Positions 58,890 through 64,000 of a stretch of DNA of 64,000 nt are shown piece after piece. How positions within the stretch are numbered: position 1 is the first letter of the stretch; every line of letters starts with the position of its first letter. Below the pieces are notes generated by a model. It saw only the letters and a list, made by a program, of their open reading frames with translations, had not been told where the DNA came from and ran no database searches. Where the stretch lies: contig CAWIIP010000004.1 in NCBI GenBank assembly GCA_963836235.1, positions 128,001-192,000 on the forward strand. Reading direction: 5' to 3'. This DNA is from an uncultured Pseudomonadota bacterium (GTDB lineage Bacteria > Oederibacteriota > Muellerivitia > Muellerivitales > Muellerivitaceae). A program made the translations under genes and the position numbers.

Positions 58890-59336
58890 ATGAACAAAGA
58901 AAAAATAAAGCCCAAAGGTTTTGAGGAGTTTCATCCATCGTTCTTCCAATGTTTTCCTGTGCTTTTTATCCCCGCGCCGTTATTCGCCTTTCTCATTTTG
59001 GGAGTTCGCCTTTATTACATCCTTTTGCTGGTTTGGTTCCTTGAAATGTCGTTTCTTGTTTCCATCTGGGTTTTTCTTTCGACAACCATCTACTGCATCC
59101 TGCCTGACCGGGTCGAAATAAAAACCGGGGTGTTCGTAAAACGATCAAGAACCGTTCCTTTGAAACAAATCACCAACATCACCTGCAAACAGAATATCGC
59201 ACAAAGGCTTTTCAAGATTGGTGACATTTTCATCGATTCCCCCAGCGGGAAACCTTTTGAATTGGCTTTGGCTGGGGTCGAAAATCACGAAAAAGTTGCG
59301 GAGCTTCTTCTTGCCTTCAGGAAAGAGGTGGTATGA
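58890..59336 (+). CDS. Membrane protein with bacterial PH (bPH_2) domain
   Basis: 2 TM then TIY...RVEIKTGVF...VPLKQITNI..QNIAQRLFKIGDI. Confidence 0.8.
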   Translation: MNKEKIKPKGFEEFHPSFFQCFPVLFIPAPLFAFLILGVRLYYILLLVWFLEMSFLVSIWVFLSTTIYCILPDRVEIKTGVFVKRSRTVPLKQITNITCKQNIAQRLFKIGDIFIDSPSGKPFELALAGVENHEKVAELLLAFRKEVV

Positions 59337-60166
59337 AAGCTCTCTCTTTTGTTTTCCTTATATGGTTGGTTTATCAACCAATTTTTGCCGATACACCCGC
59401 CGATGATTCTAAGACCCAGGACACTTTAAAGGGTAACGTCGTGGATTTTAGGGATTGGCTGATAAAGGAACTTTCTCAATTCCCCAAAACCCCTAACAAG
59501 AATATGGCTGTTCTTTCAAGAATGTATGCCTCGATCCCAAGGAAAGGCCGGGTCATTAGTTCCAACCAATACAACCAAGCCGCCAAGTCGGATTGGGTGA
59601 AAGGCCAGGTTCTGCAAGGACTTTCCACTTTGAGCCAACAGCTTGCGAATACCGCAGGGACGGCATTCGCACCCCAGGGCGCGGGCCAGCTTCAACAATA
59701 CTCAACTCAATTACAGCAAAGTAACGATCCCCAATTCCAACAGGTTGGGGCTCTTTACTCCCAGGAAGCTCAAGCCTTGCAAACGGGGAACACCCAGGCC
59801 GCCAACCAAGCGGCCAGCCAGGTTGCCGTCGTTCCCCAGCCTTATGTCCCGCCTGGATACCAACCCAGCCAAAACGAAACCTCGTTGGCCGCGACCCTTA
59901 ACCAGATCACAGGGCAGCTTATTAATGCGGTCCTTGGGGTGGTCATCACCCTTTATGGCGGCCCTGCGGCGACCGCTCTTTATTCACAGACCCTTGGGCC
60001 TGTCTTTACGAGCGGCCAGAACCCCGGAACCTCGATAGCTAATGCGGGAAATAGCACCCTCCAAACAGGGGGAAGCTCCGCCCTCCAACAATTAGGAAGC
60101 GTCAACGTGAAGCAACTACAAAACCAGGGGTCGTCAAACGCCGGTGTGGCTCCCCCAGCCCAATAA
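59333..60166 (+). CDS. Exported Gln-rich hypothetical protein (possible VirB5-like)
   Basis: Signal peptide, Q/A-rich helices, just upstream of the pilin-like gene. Confidence 0.55.
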   Translation: MKALSFVFLIWLVYQPIFADTPADDSKTQDTLKGNVVDFRDWLIKELSQFPKTPNKNMAVLSRMYASIPRKGRVISSNQYNQAAKSDWVKGQVLQGLSTLSQQLANTAGTAFAPQGAGQLQQYSTQLQQSNDPQFQQVGALYSQEAQALQTGNTQAANQAASQVAVVPQPYVPPGYQPSQNETSLAATLNQITGQLINAVLGVVITLYGGPAATALYSQTLGPVFTSGQNPGTSIANAGNSTLQTGGSSALQQLGSVNVKQLQNQGSSNAGVAPPAQ

Positions 60167-60182
60167 TTTAAAGGAGAAAATT

Positions 60183-60545
60183 ATGAGAAAAAGAATTCAT
60201 TTAGGTTGGATGAAGACGATTGTAAACATGACATTGTTCTTCTTTTACACCTGTCAGGCTCATTCCCAGGCTTTAACCAGTATGCCGGAATTATCCCCGG
60301 TCAAAATGCTCATCCTGTTTCTCCTGGACGCCTACGGCCTTTGGAAAATTTTACAGTGCGTCAAGAACGTCCTGGATCATTTGGCTGATTCCAGCAAGGG
60401 GGACCCCAGTGCAAAAGAGAGGGTTTGGGGTAGCGTCCTCGCCATCGTGGGAATCCTCATGGTGGGGGTGGTTTTGAACGTCGTAATCCTCAAGGCGGGC
60501 GAATTCGGAGCGAGGCCAGTTAGTTCCGTTTTGTCCGGCAATTGA
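60183..60545 (+). CDS. VirB2/TrbC-like pilin
   Basis: Signal peptide (AHSQA), two TM helices around KGDPSAKE; RBS AAGGAG. Confidence 0.6.
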   Translation: MRKRIHLGWMKTIVNMTLFFFYTCQAHSQALTSMPELSPVKMLILFLLDAYGLWKILQCVKNVLDHLADSSKGDPSAKERVWGSVLAIVGILMVGVVLNVVILKAGEFGARPVSSVLSGN

Positions 60546-62465
60546 ATGGGAAAGCACTTTCTTCTTCTCACTTTTATTTGCTTCTTGGGAGCTTCAAGAG
60601 TTTTTGCTCTTTCGGTTTTGTCCACCGACAGCGGCCCAACCTCGCAAACAATCGAGCAAGGCGTCGCCGCGGGGATCTTCGATTCGATGACGAAGCACGC
60701 GGGGGATTGGGTCGCCCAGGGGATGGATAAAATCGGTAATTGGGCTTTGCAGACCTTATTCGGAATTTACGATAAATATATCGGCACTTTCCTTATCTAT
60801 ATCCCGAATTTGGCTTCTCCTAATACCTACACCGCGTTGGTTAATAACCTGGGAGCAGTCAATACTGGGGCCAATGCCGTCCAAGTGGTTTTGAATATTC
60901 TAGAAATAACCAGTGGAACAGGAATATTCATCCTCATTGTGGGGTTCGTGGTCGACACGGGTCAGAGGTCATCGGGCCTATGGAACAGATTCGTAGACCC
61001 GAATCTTGTTATCGGATTTGTGGCGGCATTCCTATGTCTCTTCGGTTGGCCGACGATTCTTTCCTACATGACGACCGGGGTTACGGCTATGGGTTATTAC
61101 CTCTACAACCAGAACACATTGAGAACATCGGGGGTTTTGGAAGGCTTCCAGAATATTGACATCAACGCGGATGGGGGAACCAATGCTTTCCAGATGTCCC
61201 AATATGACTTCAGGGGAAATTTCATCACGGTACAAGGAATCACCTGGAACCTGATTTACCTGGTTTCGTTGGGGTTGGTAGTGCTTGGCTTTTACGAATG
61301 TTATTCGGCGTTTTCTGCCGGAGAGTCCCAAAAGGGGAACCATCGGTTTTTCCAGGCAATGGCCGGGATCATTTTAATTCTTGGAATGCCGACCCTCGTT
61401 CACGTCCTAATCACCAAAGGGGCCGATACAATCGGAAACCAGCCAGTAATACCGGGGCAAACACTCCCCACCTATTCGATCAAGGGATTAATCCAAGACA
61501 ACGGCGTCCAATACCCCCAGCAATCGGGGCAGGCTTCTCCCAACATTGGGACAGCAACTAACACCGCGTCGGCCCCGCCTACAAGCCGGTTGGCTGAGTT
61601 TTCAGCCGGGTTGCTCAAATGCGGGGTTGCCATCTGGGGGCTGATCATTTGTTTTGCCGTCATTTTTGCGAAGTTCTTCCAGGTATTGAACCTATGGGTT
61701 CTGTTCGTCCTTGGTCCCATCTTCATCGGCTGTCTCGGTCACCCTGCGACCGCACCCATCTTTTGGGGAGCGGCCCGTTACTTCATAAAACTCCTTCTTT
61801 ATTCCGTAATTTGGGCCATTACTCTTGTCGGCCTTTACCTGATTCCAAACATCAATTGGGGAGTGGAAACAATTGGGGTGAATAGCCTTCTTACCGCAGT
61901 GGCGGTACTGGCCGGCCTTCAACTCATCGCAAACGTCCAGGAATTCGCTTCCCTATTCACGACTTTTTCCGGGGCCAATCTCAAGGGGGAGGGCTACAAG
62001 GAATTCACCCGTGACACCAAGGGGGTCGTTGGCGGAGCAAACCAAGCACGGCTTGGGACTTTTGGGATGATGAATAAGATGACAGGAGAAACCGGTCAAG
62101 CGGTGGGGGCCGCAACAGGAGCGGCGGTAGCTTCCATAATTCCAGGAGTCGGGACAGCAAGCGGGGCTTTGGCGGGACAAAAGGCGATGAAGGGATTAAA
62201 CACTGTCGCAAAACTCGGAGGGATGGGCGGGAAACCCAAGTTTTCAGACCCGAACAACCCCATTTCCAGTTTCTTGAAAAAGTTTTCCGGAGATTCCATT
62301 TCAGGAAGTCTGAAAAAGGATTCCAAAAACTTTAATAATTTCACTCCCGAAGAAAAAGAAAAACACAAATTAGTAAGTGATTACGCGAAAAAACTTCAAA
62401 AGGGGAAAGAGGGTTATAAGCCAAGGTCGGGAAACCAGGGTTCTCAGGGAAAGGGGACCGTTTAA
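60546..62465 (+). CDS. VirB6/TrbL-like membrane protein
   Basis: Multiple TM helices, LFVLGPIFIGCLGHPAT..IF..A, Gly/Ala-rich tail. Confidence 0.7.
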   Translation: MGKHFLLLTFICFLGASRVFALSVLSTDSGPTSQTIEQGVAAGIFDSMTKHAGDWVAQGMDKIGNWALQTLFGIYDKYIGTFLIYIPNLASPNTYTALVNNLGAVNTGANAVQVVLNILEITSGTGIFILIVGFVVDTGQRSSGLWNRFVDPNLVIGFVAAFLCLFGWPTILSYMTTGVTAMGYYLYNQNTLRTSGVLEGFQNIDINADGGTNAFQMSQYDFRGNFITVQGITWNLIYLVSLGLVVLGFYECYSAFSAGESQKGNHRFFQAMAGIILILGMPTLVHVLITKGADTIGNQPVIPGQTLPTYSIKGLIQDNGVQYPQQSGQASPNIGTATNTASAPPTSRLAEFSAGLLKCGVAIWGLIICFAVIFAKFFQVLNLWVLFVLGPIFIGCLGHPATAPIFWGAARYFIKLLLYSVIWAITLVGLYLIPNINWGVETIGVNSLLTAVAVLAGLQLIANVQEFASLFTTFSGANLKGEGYKEFTRDTKGVVGGANQARLGTFGMMNKMTGETGQAVGAATGAAVASIIPGVGTASGALAGQKAMKGLNTVAKLGGMGGKPKFSDPNNPISSFLKKFSGDSISGSLKKDSKNFNNFTPEEKEKHKLVSDYAKKLQKGKEGYKPRSGNQGSQGKGTV

Positions 62466-62756
62466 ATGGCAATACCCCTTGAGAAGGAATCCAAAATGTG
62501 GGGGCTCTTTTATTCCTCCGATTTTAATAAGTTGATGTTTGTTTTTATCGGGGATGCGTTTGCCTTCGTCGCTTTCATGGTCTTCTGGGGCCTGGAGGGT
62601 TCTTTAATTCTTTTTTTTGGAATCCTGAGCCTCACCACTATTTATTTCGTGATGAAAAGCTTTTGGCCTGAAAAACACCTGGAAAATATGATTCGGTACA
62701 ACAACGAACCGAAACAATATTTCCCAGGCGGGGAACAAAGCGAGTTTGAACCATGA
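62466..62756 (+). CDS. VirB3/PrgI-like small membrane protein
   Basis: 96 aa, 2 TM, immediately upstream of the VirB4-like ORF. Confidence 0.6.
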   Translation: MAIPLEKESKMWGLFYSSDFNKLMFVFIGDAFAFVAFMVFWGLEGSLILFFGILSLTTIYFVMKSFWPEKHLENMIRYNNEPKQYFPGGEQSEFEP

Positions 62757-64000
62757 AAGGATTTTTCGAAACTAAATCAAAGCATAACCCGGTCGCTGGA
62801 CTTTTAAGGATAAGGGCGGTAGGGCCGGGATATCTTGTATTGAGGAATCCCGACCAATATGTCTGTATTTTCAGGTTAGCCGGTGGATTGAACCCATGGA
62901 TGGAAGACACTGAGGTATTGGGAGAAAAGGTCAGGAAATTAGATTCGGTTTTGGCGGATTTGAGGAGCGGGGAAGAAGTCCAATTCCTTACCAAAAGAGT
63001 TCTGGCCGACGTTGAGGAAGTTATCGAACGTTTCGATGGAAGAATCCATGAAAACGCCCCAGAAGTTTTCAGGAACCAATACCCGGAATTTTTGAGAAAT
63101 TGGCTTAGGCGGTTCTATTCGGAAGAAAAGATTTGTCATTTCAGGTCATACATTCTCTTTACCGTTTCGCCCCCAAGTACTTCCAAAAAAGCCAAAGAAA
63201 AGGATTTTTTGCCCATAGAAGAAATCCTGCGGCGAGGAAAATCATGGGTTTCTCAACTCAATATTGTTGGTTTTGAGCCCCAAGAGCCTACCGAAGAGGA
63301 AATATACACCCTCTTATATGAAGAGTTATCCCTAGAAAGATTCCAAGGGAATCCAGACCGGTTCAAAAAATCCTCAGGTTATTCAGGGGGTGATTATGGG
63401 ATTCAAACTCTTAGGGAAATGCTTACCGCGACACCTTGGGATTTTAAAGAACCGACCTATTTCAAGGTGGGGGAAACTTTTGGAAAAACCCTTTATGTGA
63501 CGGAATTCCCATCATTCAACGAGGAAAATCTTTTCTTTCAGGAACTATACGAGCGAACCGACAATTTCAAAATTTCACTCTTTGTTAAAGGGGTTGACCT
63601 ATACCGTGCCCAATCCATCGTGGAAAAACAGATCCAAAGTGACCAAGGAGCCTTGTGGAAAAGAAAAAACGTGATGAATTTCGATGCACAAGCGGCGCTT
63701 GATTACCGCCAAAGCGTCCTTTCCCTGGTTTCAGAAAGAAAAACTTCACTCGCCAAATTTTCCCTCTATATAACACTGTTTTCCAAAAGCCAAAAGGAAC
63801 TCATTTCAGGTTATGAGAGCCTTTCGCGGATGTTCAAGAATGTCCACCCCTTATCTGGATATGCGGAGCAAAAAAGGCTTTTCCTTTCAAACATCCCTCA
63901 AGCGACAGACTTGGCAGGGCATGAGCACCTCCAAGCCACGGCAGTTATGGCAAATGCCGTTCCCTGTTTGTATGACCCCATTGCCGAAACTGAAGGGGTT
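62753..64000 (+). CDS. VirB4/TraE-like ATPase, N-terminal part (runs off the window)
   Basis: ATG overlaps the upstream stop (ATGA); MKGFFETKSKHNPVAGLLRIRAV...; frame appears open to the end; call rests on position, Walker motifs not yet reached. Confidence 0.55.
   Translation, partial: MKGFFETKSKHNPVAGLLRIRAVGPGYLVLRNPDQYVCIFRLAGGLNPWMEDTEVLGEKVRKLDSVLADLRSGEEVQFLTKRVLADVEEVIERFDGRIHENAPEVFRNQYPEFLRNWLRRFYSEEKICHFRSYILFTVSPPSTSKKAKEKDFLPIEEILRRGKSWVSQLNIVGFEPQEPTEEEIYTLLYEELSLERFQGNPDRFKKSSGYSGGDYGIQTLREMLTATPWDFKEPTYFKVGETFGKTLYVTEFPSFNEENLFFQELYERTDNFKISLFVKGVDLYRAQSIVEKQIQSDQGALWKRKNVMNFDAQAALDYRQSVLSLVSERKTSLAKFSLYITLFSKSQKELISGYESLSRMFKNVHPLSGYAEQKRLFLSNIPQATDLAGHEHLQATAVMANAVPCLYDPIAETEGV

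Larger units (their letters stand above)
3838..64000. mobile_element. Putative ICE/genomic island integrated at the tRNA-Thr 3' end; right end outside the window
   Basis: Abrupt switch from core to accessory genes after the tRNA; coupling protein, relaxase-like protein, ardC/radC, umuDC, defence cargo, VirB-like operon; no core genes until the window end. Confidence 0.82.

Overview
Bacterial chromosomal window. Positions 1-3837 are core genes (3' part of gltX, cysE, cysS, rlmB, tRNA-Thr(UGU)). Everything after the tRNA looks like one integrative conjugative element (ICE) that runs past the right edge; no integrase or recombinase is visible in the window. Order: VirD4-like coupling protein and Replic_Relax-type protein; HigBA-type TA; an ~11-12 kb array of 1-4-gene cassettes separated by 12 same-orientation copies (10 full, 2 half) of a 28-bp 13-2-13 palindrome TGTCCACGACGGG-GA-CCCGTCGTGGACA; SRAP-umuDC mutagenesis module; ~1.4 kb of highly structured non-coding DNA followed by a leading-region-like operon (ardC, radC, small ORFs); a ~28 kb defence island (PafB/PafC-like WYL pair, an FtsZ homologue lacking the T7 catalytic loop, GmrSD-like protein, TM0106-type nuclease-helicase, short CBASS, DUF499-PglZ-VapBC-DUF1156-SNF2 BREX-related system, Hachiman); and the start of a mating-pair operon (lipoproteins, beta-barrel, VirB2/B6/B3/B4-like). 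The most novel-looking signals are the palindrome-delimited cassette array, the degenerate FtsZ, and an identical 12-bp box with PafBC-promoter geometry upstream of both the ftsZ-like gene and CBASS. Family calls come from motifs read by eye, not database searches.
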